Below, one piece after another: positions 40,619 through 49,338 of a stretch of DNA of 64,000 nucleotides. Location of the stretch: positions 1,533-65,532 of the forward strand of contig CAZMGT010000006.1 of NCBI GenBank assembly GCA_964565895.1. Direction: 5' to 3'. Under the pieces are notes generated by a model. The model worked only from the letters and a program-made list of their open reading frames with translations, had not been told where the DNA came from and searched no databases. The position numbers and the translations under genes were made by a program. Origin of the DNA: an uncultured Armatimonadia bacterium (GTDB lineage: Bacteria; Armatimonadota; Zipacnadia; UBA1398; CAZMGT01). Position 1 is the stretch's first letter; every line of letters starts with the position of its first letter.

Positions 40619-41623
40619 TTGGCTGAGGAGTGGCCTGTGGGCGGCGCTGCCCGCCGCTGGTTTGGCTTGCTTCCCCTGTTCGACCCGCAAAGCGGGCAGA
40701 CCGTGCGCGAGCCGCAAAACGACGAACGCGGCTGGTGGGCCGGGGCGGCAAGCGCTATTTACGACGAGCAAAGCGGCAATTTTTACCTCTATTACCGCCT
40801 GCGCCGACCCCGGGGCGTCGAGCCCGACCGCGGGGCGGAGTGCCGCATTGCCCAAAGCGCGGACGGCGTTGCGTTTACCGACATTTGGGCGGCAACGAAG
40901 GACCAGTTCGCCAGCCCGTCGATCGAAAAAGCGTGCCTGCTGAAGTGCCTCGATGGCCGCTGGCGGCTATATATCAGCTACGTCGACCCCGAGGACCTGC
41001 GCTGGCGCACCGACGTTCTCGAGGCAGACAGCCCCGCGGGCTTTGACCCGAACAAGCGGCAAAAGGTGTTTACCCCCGCCGACGTGGGCTGCGAGGGCGT
41101 TAAGGATCCCTATGTGATCATCGTCGGCCACCAATACTACATGTTCTTAAGCTACGCCCCTTCGCCCGGGGAGGTCTCCGACGAGCTGCGCGCGCAGATG
41201 CACAGCACCGCCGACGTCTACAACACGGGGATCACCAAGTCCAGCAGCGCGCTGGCGATTAGCTCCGACGGGGTGCACTTTAGTTGGGTGGGCGACGTAT
41301 TCTCGCCGCGCGAGGAGGGGTGGGACGCCTACTGCGCGCGTCTCAGCTCCTGCGTCTGGACCCCGCCCGTGTTTACCTTCTTCTACGACGGCAGCGCCGA
41401 CGTCTCGCAGAACTACGAGGAGATCGCCGGGCTGGCCTATACGTTTGACCTGCGGCGCTTCTTTCGCGTAACCTGCGACGGACCAATTGTCCGCTCGCCG
41501 CACGGCTCGGGCTCCGTGCGCTATGTCGACGTGCTGGCCGTAGACGGCCGGCTCTACTATTATTACGAGTATGCCCTGCCCTCCGGCGCGCACGAGCTCA
41601 GGGTTAGCGTCGTGGAGCGCTAG
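40619..41623 (+). CDS. Hypothetical protein, beta-propeller glycoside-hydrolase-like (GH43/GH32/GH130 superfamily)
   Basis: TTG at 40619 with AAGGAGG 9 nt upstream (alternative GTG at 40637). Repeated W/Y/D-rich beta-strand pattern. Confidence 0.35.
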   Translation: MAEEWPVGGAARRWFGLLPLFDPQSGQTVREPQNDERGWWAGAASAIYDEQSGNFYLYYRLRRPRGVEPDRGAECRIAQSADGVAFTDIWAATKDQFASPSIEKACLLKCLDGRWRLYISYVDPEDLRWRTDVLEADSPAGFDPNKRQKVFTPADVGCEGVKDPYVIIVGHQYYMFLSYAPSPGEVSDELRAQMHSTADVYNTGITKSSSALAISSDGVHFSWVGDVFSPREEGWDAYCARLSSCVWTPPVFTFFYDGSADVSQNYEEIAGLAYTFDLRRFFRVTCDGPIVRSPHGSGSVRYVDVLAVDGRLYYYYEYALPSGAHELRVSVVER

Positions 41624-44093
41624 GTGGCTCTTCGCCGCGGCGCTTTTGCTCGCCGCATTCGCCTTTGCGCGTGGTGAGGAGCTGCGCCCGCGCGCCCTGC
41701 GCGTGCTCCACGTCGACGCCAGCGACTTCCCCCAGCTCGTCGTCTACATCGCCCCGGGGGCGGAGGAGTTGGCCCTCGACGAGGCGCGCTTTTATCTCAG
41801 CGAGGACGATAAGCCGCTGCTCGTGCAAGGGATAACGGAGCAGGTAACGCGGCTAAACCTTGCCCTCCTCCTCGACGAGCCCGAGCCTCGCTCAGCGCAA
41901 GAGGAGCTCGCCCGCGCGGCGCTCGCCGAGCTCGGCGAGTGGCTGGGCTATCGCGACCGCCTGGCCGTCGTCCCCGTCGCCCAGCCGGAGCAAGCGCGAG
42001 GGTTCTTTCGCCGCGGGACGCGGCCGCTTGCCCTCGCCGGCGGGCAAGGGGGTAGCGAGCGGCGCGCCTACGACGCTCTCGCCGCGGCGTGGAAGCTCTG
42101 CGCGAGATGCCCCGGGCGCAGCGCCATCGTCGCGCTCCTCTGCGGGCCGGACAACATTAGCGTGGCCGGCGTAGACGACCTCCGCCAGGTTTTGGCCTAC
42201 TCCCCCGCGCCCCTGTTTATCTTCGCCCTGTGGCCCGAGGCCGACCGCACCACGCTGGCCAGCCTTGCCGCGGCAACCGGCGGGGCGGCGTACTTTCCCC
42301 AAACGCCGGAGGAGGCCAAGCAAGCCGCCGCCGCCGTTGGCGAGCTGCTCAACCGCGTGGTCGGCTTGCGCTGCCGCTCGCTGCGCGAGGTGCGCGATGG
42401 CTCGTGGCGCGAAGTCCGCGCTTCGCTGGGCCGCGCAATCGGCGCCCAACAGCAGCGCCGCGGCTATTTTGCCCCGGCGCGGCGCGCGGCGTGCGCCACA
42501 GCAACCATTATCCTCCCCGCGCCCCCGCCGGCGCGCGCCACCGACATCTGCCTTCTGCTCGACCGCGCCACGGGCAGGCTGCGCGCCTGGGGCCTGTTGG
42601 GCGAGCCGTTTCTCGCGCCCCCGGGGAGCTACGACGTGCATGTGCTTTGCCGCCCGCCGGTGCGCGCGGAGCTTGAGCTGCGCGCGGGCGAGCAGGCGGA
42701 GCTCACTTTACCCCCCGCGGGAGCGCTGGTTGTTTATCTTCCGGAAAACCTGCGCGGCCAGCCGCTTTACGACGTAGAAGACGAGAGCACCGGCGAACAC
42801 GTCGCCGCCGGGCGCGACGGCCGGCCGCTCGTCCTCGGCCCCGGGCGCTATCGTATCGTCAGCCGCGGCGAGCCCACCGTGCGCTTTGCCCCGGCAACGG
42901 TCCGTGCGGGCGAACTGGCCACCGTTGACCTGCGCGACTACGGCGCCGTCGTCCTCCAGGTCCTCGACCGCGGGGGCGAGCCGATCATCGCTCACGTCGA
43001 GCTCAAGCTCCCGTTTGAAGCAAACGTCGTCGCCAGCGGGACGACCAACGCCGCGATCCAGACCCAAGCGGGGATCTATATGGCGACCATTCGCACCGAT
43101 CCCCTGGTCACCGTGCCCTATGTCGAGGTCGAGGCGGGCAAGACGAGAACGCTGCCCGTGGCGCGCTTTGGAAGCCTGCTCGTCAAGCTCGCCTCGTCCA
43201 CAGGCGCGCCCTATCGCGCACCATGGGCGGCGACGACGATGTCCGGCCAATACCTTGCCTCCGGCGAGACAAACGCGGACAAGCCCATGTACGCCGTTGC
43301 CGCGCGCGTGCGCGTCGCGGTGCGTCCGCCGCGGGAGTTCACCACGCGGGTGCGCTCGGGCGAGCAGACGGTGGTCGACATGGGCCAGCTCGCCGGCCTG
43401 CGCATCGTGGCCAAGCTGCCCGACGGGCGGCCCCTGCGGGCGAAGTTCCTCATTTTTCCCCCGGGCCGCAGCGAGCCGTTCGCCAGCGGGATTACCGCCG
43501 CCGGCCCTGCTCCGGAGCAGTGGGTCGAGGATTTTCTCCCCGGGACATACGACGTCGAGGTGCGCACCGTTCCCCCGCTGCGCCTGGCTGGGCTGCGTCT
43601 TAGCGCAGGCCGCGTGCGCACCGTCGAGCTGGAACAGCTGGGGGGCGTCCTTGTGGAGGCGGGGCGCGACAAGCTCGGCGACCCCCTGCCCCTGCGCTAC
43701 GCCCTGGCCTTGGCCCAAAGCGGCCGCCGCGTGGGCGTGTTTAGCGCGGGCGAGATGGTCCCCGTGCGCCGGGGGGAGTATCTCGCGGAGAGCGTGGGGC
43801 TTTCGCCGCGCCTGTTTCTGGGCAAGCTGGCCATTTCGGACTTGGGCGAGCAGGCGATGCTCCGCGTCGTCTGCCCCGAGCAGCCCAAGCTGCCGTTCGT
43901 CGTTTGCCGCGCGCAGGGGGAGGAGCTCGAGCCCATTGCCGAGGGTCGGGCGGGGGAAGACCTCGCGCTTCCCCCGGGGAGCTATGAGCTGCGCGTGCCC
44001 CGCGCGTTTGGCGTAACCCTTCCCTCGCCCGTGCGCGCCCTGCCCAATGTCCTCACCCTGGTTGTTCCGCCGGCGCTTGTCGGCGGGCCCTAA
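41571..44093 (+). CDS. Secreted large protein with N-terminal vWA-like domain and repeated Ig/CarbopepD_reg-like modules
   Basis: Signal-like N-terminus. A vWA-like block (LNLALLLDEP ... IVALLCGPDN ... GGAAYFP) followed by repeated beta-sandwich segments. The ATG at 41571 overlaps the upstream gene by 53 nt. Confidence 0.5.
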   Translation: MPCPPARTSSGLASWSARWLFAAALLLAAFAFARGEELRPRALRVLHVDASDFPQLVVYIAPGAEELALDEARFYLSEDDKPLLVQGITEQVTRLNLALLLDEPEPRSAQEELARAALAELGEWLGYRDRLAVVPVAQPEQARGFFRRGTRPLALAGGQGGSERRAYDALAAAWKLCARCPGRSAIVALLCGPDNISVAGVDDLRQVLAYSPAPLFIFALWPEADRTTLASLAAATGGAAYFPQTPEEAKQAAAAVGELLNRVVGLRCRSLREVRDGSWREVRASLGRAIGAQQQRRGYFAPARRAACATATIILPAPPPARATDICLLLDRATGRLRAWGLLGEPFLAPPGSYDVHVLCRPPVRAELELRAGEQAELTLPPAGALVVYLPENLRGQPLYDVEDESTGEHVAAGRDGRPLVLGPGRYRIVSRGEPTVRFAPATVRAGELATVDLRDYGAVVLQVLDRGGEPIIAHVELKLPFEANVVASGTTNAAIQTQAGIYMATIRTDPLVTVPYVEVEAGKTRTLPVARFGSLLVKLASSTGAPYRAPWAATTMSGQYLASGETNADKPMYAVAARVRVAVRPPREFTTRVRSGEQTVVDMGQLAGLRIVAKLPDGRPLRAKFLIFPPGRSEPFASGITAAGPAPEQWVEDFLPGTYDVEVRTVPPLRLAGLRLSAGRVRTVELEQLGGVLVEAGRDKLGDPLPLRYALALAQSGRRVGVFSAGEMVPVRRGEYLAESVGLSPRLFLGKLAISDLGEQAMLRVVCPEQPKLPFVVCRAQGEELEPIAEGRAGEDLALPPGSYELRVPRAFGVTLPSPVRALPNVLTLVVPPALVGGP

Positions 44094-45073
44094 ATCCCCC
44101 GGCGCAACACGGCGAGCACAGTCTCGCCCACGGCGCGCAGCGAAGCTGCGGAGCACTTGTCCGGCGTGTCTTGCAACGTGTGCCAATAGGGGTAGTCGAA
44201 GTCAATCAGGTCCACCGTGGGCACGCCCGCTTCGATGAGCGGAATGTGGTCGTCGAGCACCGAAGCCGTGGGCCGCGAGCGCAGGGGAAATGCTCTGCGG
44301 AAGCCCAGAGCCCCCGCGCGAAACCAAATCGTCTCCATCAGCTCGCGGTCGGCGAGAAGGGAGTAGGCCTCCCACTCCAACCTCAGGTCGGCATCGCCCA
44401 CCATATCGAGCAAAATGCCCCGCGCCGGGCGCAGCTCGCCCATGTGCCGGGCAAAGTACTTCGAGCCCAAAAACCACTCCTCGTTTTGCCCCTTGCCGAA
44501 GTCCTCGCCGTCGAACAGGACGACAACAACCTCCGTCGGCGCGCGCTTTACGCGCAGCGCCCGGGCAACCTCCAAGCACACGGCCACGCCCGAGGCGCCG
44601 TCGTTTGCCCCGAGGATGGGCTTTGTCCGGTTAGCGGGGTTGGGGTCGCAGTCGGCAATGGGCCTGGTGTCCCAATGCGCACATAACAACACGCGCCGCG
44701 CAGGCCCCGTGCGACCGGCCGCGATAACGCCGACGACGTTGGCCATGCGAAACGTCTTCCCCGGGGCCATCTCGGTGCTCGTGTGGGTAAACTCCTGCAA
44801 AAACGCGCGGTCGGCAACGCTGCGCATTTGCTCCAGCAGCCAGCGCAGGCAGCGCTCGTGGCCCTCGCTGCCCGGGTTGCGCGGGCCGAAGTTCGTCTGG
44901 GCGAGGAGGAGCTCCCACGCGCGTTGGGCGTCGAACGCCGCCTGGGGGTTGGCCGTTGCGCTGGGGGAAGCGGCAGGCGAGGGTGCGGCGCGCTGCGCTT
45001 GCGCCCCGCAGTTTGCCGACGAGCCAAGAAGGAGTATTAAGGCGGCGCCGGCAAGGGCGGCGCAAAAGAGCAC
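44090..45073 (-). CDS. Secreted M28-family peptidase (aminopeptidase / glutaminyl-cyclase-like)
   Basis: HWDT, a DGEDFG-type metal ligand motif and the EE pair of M28. GTG start with a signal peptide. Confidence 0.75.
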   Translation of the reverse strand: MLFCAALAGAALILLLGSSANCGAQAQRAAPSPAASPSATANPQAAFDAQRAWELLLAQTNFGPRNPGSEGHERCLRWLLEQMRSVADRAFLQEFTHTSTEMAPGKTFRMANVVGVIAAGRTGPARRVLLCAHWDTRPIADCDPNPANRTKPILGANDGASGVAVCLEVARALRVKRAPTEVVVVLFDGEDFGKGQNEEWFLGSKYFARHMGELRPARGILLDMVGDADLRLEWEAYSLLADRELMETIWFRAGALGFRRAFPLRSRPTASVLDDHIPLIEAGVPTVDLIDFDYPYWHTLQDTPDKCSAASLRAVGETVLAVLRRGI

Positions 45074-45095
45074 CGCGGAGGCACGCCAGCGCCGG

Positions 45096-45512
45096 CTATT
45101 GTTCGCTGCCAGCGCCCATTTCCTCCAGCCTGTCCTGCTCGGCTTTTATCTCGAGCACGCGCTTGACAACCTCGAGCAGCTCATCGGGCTCAAACGGCTT
45201 GGTAAGGTAAAACTGAATATCGTATTCCCACCCGCGGCTAATACTTGCGTCATCGGCGAGCGCGGTGAGCATGACCACGGGGGTGCCCGCAAGCTCGGGG
45301 TCGGCGCGCATGCGGTCGAGCACCTCCCAGCCGTCCATCTCGGGCATGTTAATGTCGAGCAGGACGCAGTCCGGGTGGTGCTCGCGGATCATCTGCAAGG
45401 CTTCCACGCCGTTTTCTGCGGTAAGCACATCGTAGCCCTCGATTTTCAAGTTAGTCTCGATAACGGTAAGCACGGGCCGCTCGTCGTCCACAGCTAAAAC
45501 CTTAGCGCCCAA
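45096..45512 (-). CDS. Single-domain response regulator receiver (CheY-like)
   Basis: KVLAVDDE start, LLDINMP phospho-Asp pocket, and conserved T and K positions. Start set at TTG 45512 with AGGGGG 8 nt upstream. Confidence 0.8.
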   Translation of the reverse strand: MGAKVLAVDDERPVLTVIETNLKIEGYDVLTAENGVEALQMIREHHPDCVLLDINMPEMDGWEVLDRMRADPELAGTPVVMLTALADDASISRGWEYDIQFYLTKPFEPDELLEVVKRVLEIKAEQDRLEEMGAGSEQ

Positions 45513-47289
45513 CGGGAGCACCCCCTGGTCGCCGCACGCGCCCCTGCGCCCGAGCCTCCGCGCCCCCGGGGATAATGCGCAGGGTGGGCAGGCGGTTAAG
45601 CGCCGCGGCAAACTCAAACCGCCGAAACTCCGCAAGATCCCCAGGATGCCGGCCGCGGTGCGGCGAGATTACGTCCAACCCCTGCTCGGCAATTAGCTTC
45701 TCGATCTCCCGCGCCACAGCCCCCACCGTGCCCAGGCGATCGATCAGCCCCGAGCGCTTGGCATATTCGATTGCCTCGCCGATCGCCCGCAACTGGCTCT
45801 CGTCCACCGCTGTAGATAATTGCCGGAATGAGATCTCGTGCACTCCGAAAATGATCGCGTCCAGCCCGTGCACGGTAATTTTCGAGGGCTTGGACCCCCG
45901 CCGCGAGCTAATCGAGCTTGGATCAATTGTTCGCTGGGCGAGCCCGATGCCCCTGCTTGTCCCTTCCGCGCGGCGCCCCGTGTGGTGCTCCGCGGCAATC
46001 CGCCGCGCCTCCGCGGTAACGTCATACGGCCGGAAGTGGTCCATCAGGATCACCGTGTCCGCGACATCGAGATAGTCGCCCGACCCGCCCATAACGAGGA
46101 TCGTAGACACCCCGTGCCGCTCATACAGCTCGCGCACGCGGTCGATAAACGGAACAATCGGCTCGCGCTCCGAGGCAACCAGGCGCTGCATGCGCGCGTC
46201 GCGGATCATAAAGTTCGTGGCGCAGGTGTCCTCGTCCAAAAGCAGCACGCGCGCGCCAACCTCAAGCGCCTCGACGATGTTCGCCGCCTGCGAGGTGCTC
46301 CCCGAGGACTGGTCGGTGGAGAAAAAGCGCGTGTCCGCGCCTGTCGGCAGCTCGCGGATAAATGCGCTAATGTCCACGCCCTCCACGCGGCGCCCGTCTT
46401 CAGCGCGAATCTTTACCGTATCCCGCCGAGCGACGACGCGCTCGCGCCCATCGCCGGGGATGTGGTTGTATACCCCATACTCGATGGCGCGCAGGAGGGT
46501 GCTTTTCCCGTGGTAGCCCCCGCCCACGATGAGCGTCACGCCGTTGGGGATGCCCATGCCCGAGACTTTCTCCCCGCGCAGGCCGTCCAGCTCCACGCGC
46601 AGCTCCGGGGGCGAGCGAAAGGCAACGGCGCTTTCCGCAGGAAGCGGCGCGGCGCTTGTCCCGCTTGCCCGGGGAAGAATCGCCCCGTCGCCGACGAAGG
46701 CAACCAGCCCGCGCTCGGCGAGCTGCGCGCGCAGCGTCTCCTGCTCCACCGCAGCGTTAACGTGCGCCGCGAGGCGGTCCGAGGTCGCTCCGTCGAAGAG
46801 CATGGCCAAGCGCACAATGCGCGGGAGATCGTGAAAGAGCATCTCCTCCGCTTCGCGGGCGACGATGCGCCGCCCGTGGGCGGGCAGGCCAATGCTCAAG
46901 CGCGCCTCGATATACTCCGGCTGGGCGACGGCCGCGCTGCGCTCGAGGATCTCCTGCCCGCCGGCGTCGATGTAGATTAGCCCGCTTTTCCCCGTGCCGC
47001 GGTCGCGCCTTACATTGGCGCGGACAAACCGCGCAATGCGCCGCGCGACGTAGTCGGCCACGGCCACGCGCCGCGTGCGGTCGGCGAGCAGGTGCTGGGG
47101 ATAGGCCGCGACGGCTTGGGGCACGCGCAGCCTAATGCGCGAGGGTGAGGCAAACGGGTCGCCCTGCACGTGATCGATGTGCAGCTCAAACTGCCCGAAA
47201 TCGTAGGACCCCGCGAGAGACTTATACGCCGTATATCCGCGCCCGTCGATGCTTCGCAGGCGCTCGCGTAGCTTCTCCGGAGAGTGCAA
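45502..47289 (-). CDS. Predicted ATPase of the ABC class (PF09818-like)
   Basis: Walker A GGGYHGKSTLL and length of about 595 aa match the ABC-ATPase family as I recall it. Overlaps the receiver gene by 11 nt. Confidence 0.65.
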   Translation of the reverse strand: MHSPEKLRERLRSIDGRGYTAYKSLAGSYDFGQFELHIDHVQGDPFASPSRIRLRVPQAVAAYPQHLLADRTRRVAVADYVARRIARFVRANVRRDRGTGKSGLIYIDAGGQEILERSAAVAQPEYIEARLSIGLPAHGRRIVAREAEEMLFHDLPRIVRLAMLFDGATSDRLAAHVNAAVEQETLRAQLAERGLVAFVGDGAILPRASGTSAAPLPAESAVAFRSPPELRVELDGLRGEKVSGMGIPNGVTLIVGGGYHGKSTLLRAIEYGVYNHIPGDGRERVVARRDTVKIRAEDGRRVEGVDISAFIRELPTGADTRFFSTDQSSGSTSQAANIVEALEVGARVLLLDEDTCATNFMIRDARMQRLVASEREPIVPFIDRVRELYERHGVSTILVMGGSGDYLDVADTVILMDHFRPYDVTAEARRIAAEHHTGRRAEGTSRGIGLAQRTIDPSSISSRRGSKPSKITVHGLDAIIFGVHEISFRQLSTAVDESQLRAIGEAIEYAKRSGLIDRLGTVGAVAREIEKLIAEQGLDVISPHRGRHPGDLAEFRRFEFAAALNRLPTLRIIPGGAEARAQGRVRRPGGAPVGR

Positions 47290-47298
47290 CGTGCTCCT

Positions 47299-48207
47299 CT
47301 ACTCCTCGGCAACAACGGGATTTCGCAGCACGCCGATGCCCTCGATCTCTACTTCCATTACGTCCCCTGGTTTCAAAAACGTCTCCGAAGCCATGCCCAC
47401 TCCCGAGGGCGTGCCTGTGGAGATAACGTCGCCCGGCTCGAGGGTTACTATTGCTGAAATGTACTCGATTATCGCCCCCACGTCGAGGATCATTTGCCCC
47501 GCCCGCGCATCCTGCTTCTTCTCCCCGTTTACCCGAAGCTGAATGCGCACCTGGGAGAGGTCGGGCATCTCCTCCGGCGTGACCAGGCACGGGCCCATGG
47601 GGGCAAAGCCGTCCAGCCACTTCCCGTTAAGCCAGTCGAAAAACCTGTCCCACTCCTGCGTCTCCTCGCGCTCCCACACCTGCAGCCGGCGCTCGGAGAC
47701 ATCGTTTAGCGCGGTATAGCCGGCGATGACCTCCTCCGCCCGCCCCCGCGGAACATACTTGCACCGCTTGCCAACGACAACGGCGAGCTCCGCCTCCCAG
47801 TCCACCGCGCGAGCATAGCGTGAGATAACCACGGGGTCCTCCGGCCCGCACACGGTCGTGCTCGGGGGCTTCATAAACACCCGCGGGGTGGAGCTCTTTG
47901 CCGTGGACGCGGCAAGGCGCGACTCTTTGATATGCTCGTAGTAATTGCCCGCGAGAGCGAACAGCTTGCGCGGGCAGGGAACGGGCGCGCGCAGGCGCAC
48001 CTCGCCCAGGGGAACGAGGGCCTGCTCCGGCGGGTTGGCAACGGCTTGGCGGGCGGCGTCGAGCGCCTGCTCGCCCGCCTCGAGGAAGGCGACCATGTCG
48101 TGCCACGGCTCAACGCCCGCCGCGGAAAAGTCCACCACGTGCTCGCCGGCCAGGGCCCCGACGCGGACCTCCGCCGCCCCGGCCGGGGAGAAGGACACGA
48201 GCTTCAT
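47299..48207 (-). CDS. Fumarylacetoacetate hydrolase (FAH) family protein
   Basis: FAH-fold motifs (E.ELAVV.GK, GTPSGVG). ATG at 48207 preceded by AAGGAG. Confidence 0.85.
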   Translation of the reverse strand: MKLVSFSPAGAAEVRVGALAGEHVVDFSAAGVEPWHDMVAFLEAGEQALDAARQAVANPPEQALVPLGEVRLRAPVPCPRKLFALAGNYYEHIKESRLAASTAKSSTPRVFMKPPSTTVCGPEDPVVISRYARAVDWEAELAVVVGKRCKYVPRGRAEEVIAGYTALNDVSERRLQVWEREETQEWDRFFDWLNGKWLDGFAPMGPCLVTPEEMPDLSQVRIQLRVNGEKKQDARAGQMILDVGAIIEYISAIVTLEPGDVISTGTPSGVGMASETFLKPGDVMEVEIEGIGVLRNPVVAEE

Positions 48208-48230
48208 CTCCGTCGCTCCTTTGCGCAAAA

Positions 48231-49076
48231 CTAGGGGGATTGTTCGCCGCCCAGGGCCCGTTTCTCTCGCCGCTCGCGCGCCGCCGCTCTCCCCCGCCGC
48301 CGCCGGACGGAGTTATAGTCGATCCCCGCGGCCTCCACCGCGGCGCGCCACGTGCCGAAATAGCGCACGCTCTTTGCCGCGGCGAGCAGCGCCCCGTGCT
48401 TGCGCATCACTGCCTTTTGCGAGAGGTCCTCGCCCATGCGGTGCAGCCGGCGGATCTCCTCGATAATGCGCTTGGTCGTCCATTGCTTTCCGCCGGCGGG
48501 GAGGGCGACATCAACGCCCGCGGCGCGCAGGGCTTTTTTCCAGCTCCCAAAGTTCTCCTTGCGCCGCGCCGCGCGGTATAAGCTGGGGCAATCCTTGTTA
48601 ATCGCCGACCAGTTCAGCGGATGCCCCTGGCGTTTGAGCTCGCGTATCGTTTGAATGATCTTTTCCTTGCTCCAAAAGTGCTGCCCGCGGATCTTTTGAT
48701 AGTCCAGCCCCGCGGCCTCGATCGCTTTGCGCCAACTGCCGAAGTAGCGCTTGGCGCAGGCCGCGCTATAGAGCTTTTTGTGGCGCTGTTTAAAGTCCGC
48801 GCTAAGCAGGTCTTCCCCCCGCTCATAGGCGCTGACCAGTTCGCGAATGATCTTCTCCTTGCTCCACACCTGCTCGCCGCGCTTAATTTTGGAGTAGTCC
48901 AGGCCGGCCTTCTTAATCGCCGCGCGCCAGCTTCCGAAGTGGCTTTTCGACCGCGCCGAGGAAAACAGCGCGCTATGCGTTTTGCGAATACCTGTGGGAG
49001 AAAGGTCTACACCCTGCTCGTAAAGCCTGCGGATTTCGGCGATGATCTTCTCGGCAGTCCAGCGGTTGCCCGCCAT
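48231..49076 (-). CDS. Tandem-repeat protein (4 repeats of about 63 aa), hypothetical
   Basis: Four repeats of W[ST]KEKII..I..L...G.DLS........LY.AA....FGSW..A..AAG.DY. ATG at 49076 preceded by GGGAG. Confidence 0.55.
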   Translation of the reverse strand: MAGNRWTAEKIIAEIRRLYEQGVDLSPTGIRKTHSALFSSARSKSHFGSWRAAIKKAGLDYSKIKRGEQVWSKEKIIRELVSAYERGEDLLSADFKQRHKKLYSAACAKRYFGSWRKAIEAAGLDYQKIRGQHFWSKEKIIQTIRELKRQGHPLNWSAINKDCPSLYRAARRKENFGSWKKALRAAGVDVALPAGGKQWTTKRIIEEIRRLHRMGEDLSQKAVMRKHGALLAAAKSVRYFGTWRAAVEAAGIDYNSVRRRRGRAAARERREKRALGGEQSP

Positions 49077-49338
49077 CCAGCCGTCACTCCCGCGCTCGAC
49101 CTGGCTCCTCCTGCAAGACAAAAAGAGGACCGAGGAAATTGTTGCCGCGCACCGCACTCGGCCTGCTCAGCTAGCGGAACCGACGAACCACACGTTGGGG
49201 GCTTTCAGCCCGCTTCCGTCCGTCCTGCACCGCCGCCTGCCCGAGGCCAACTGGCGCTGTCGCCTCTGGCATTCTCAGGCCCGCCCCCGCACTCCTTCAA
49301 CCCCTCCGCCTTTTTCTTTTACCCAGGGAACACGCTTG

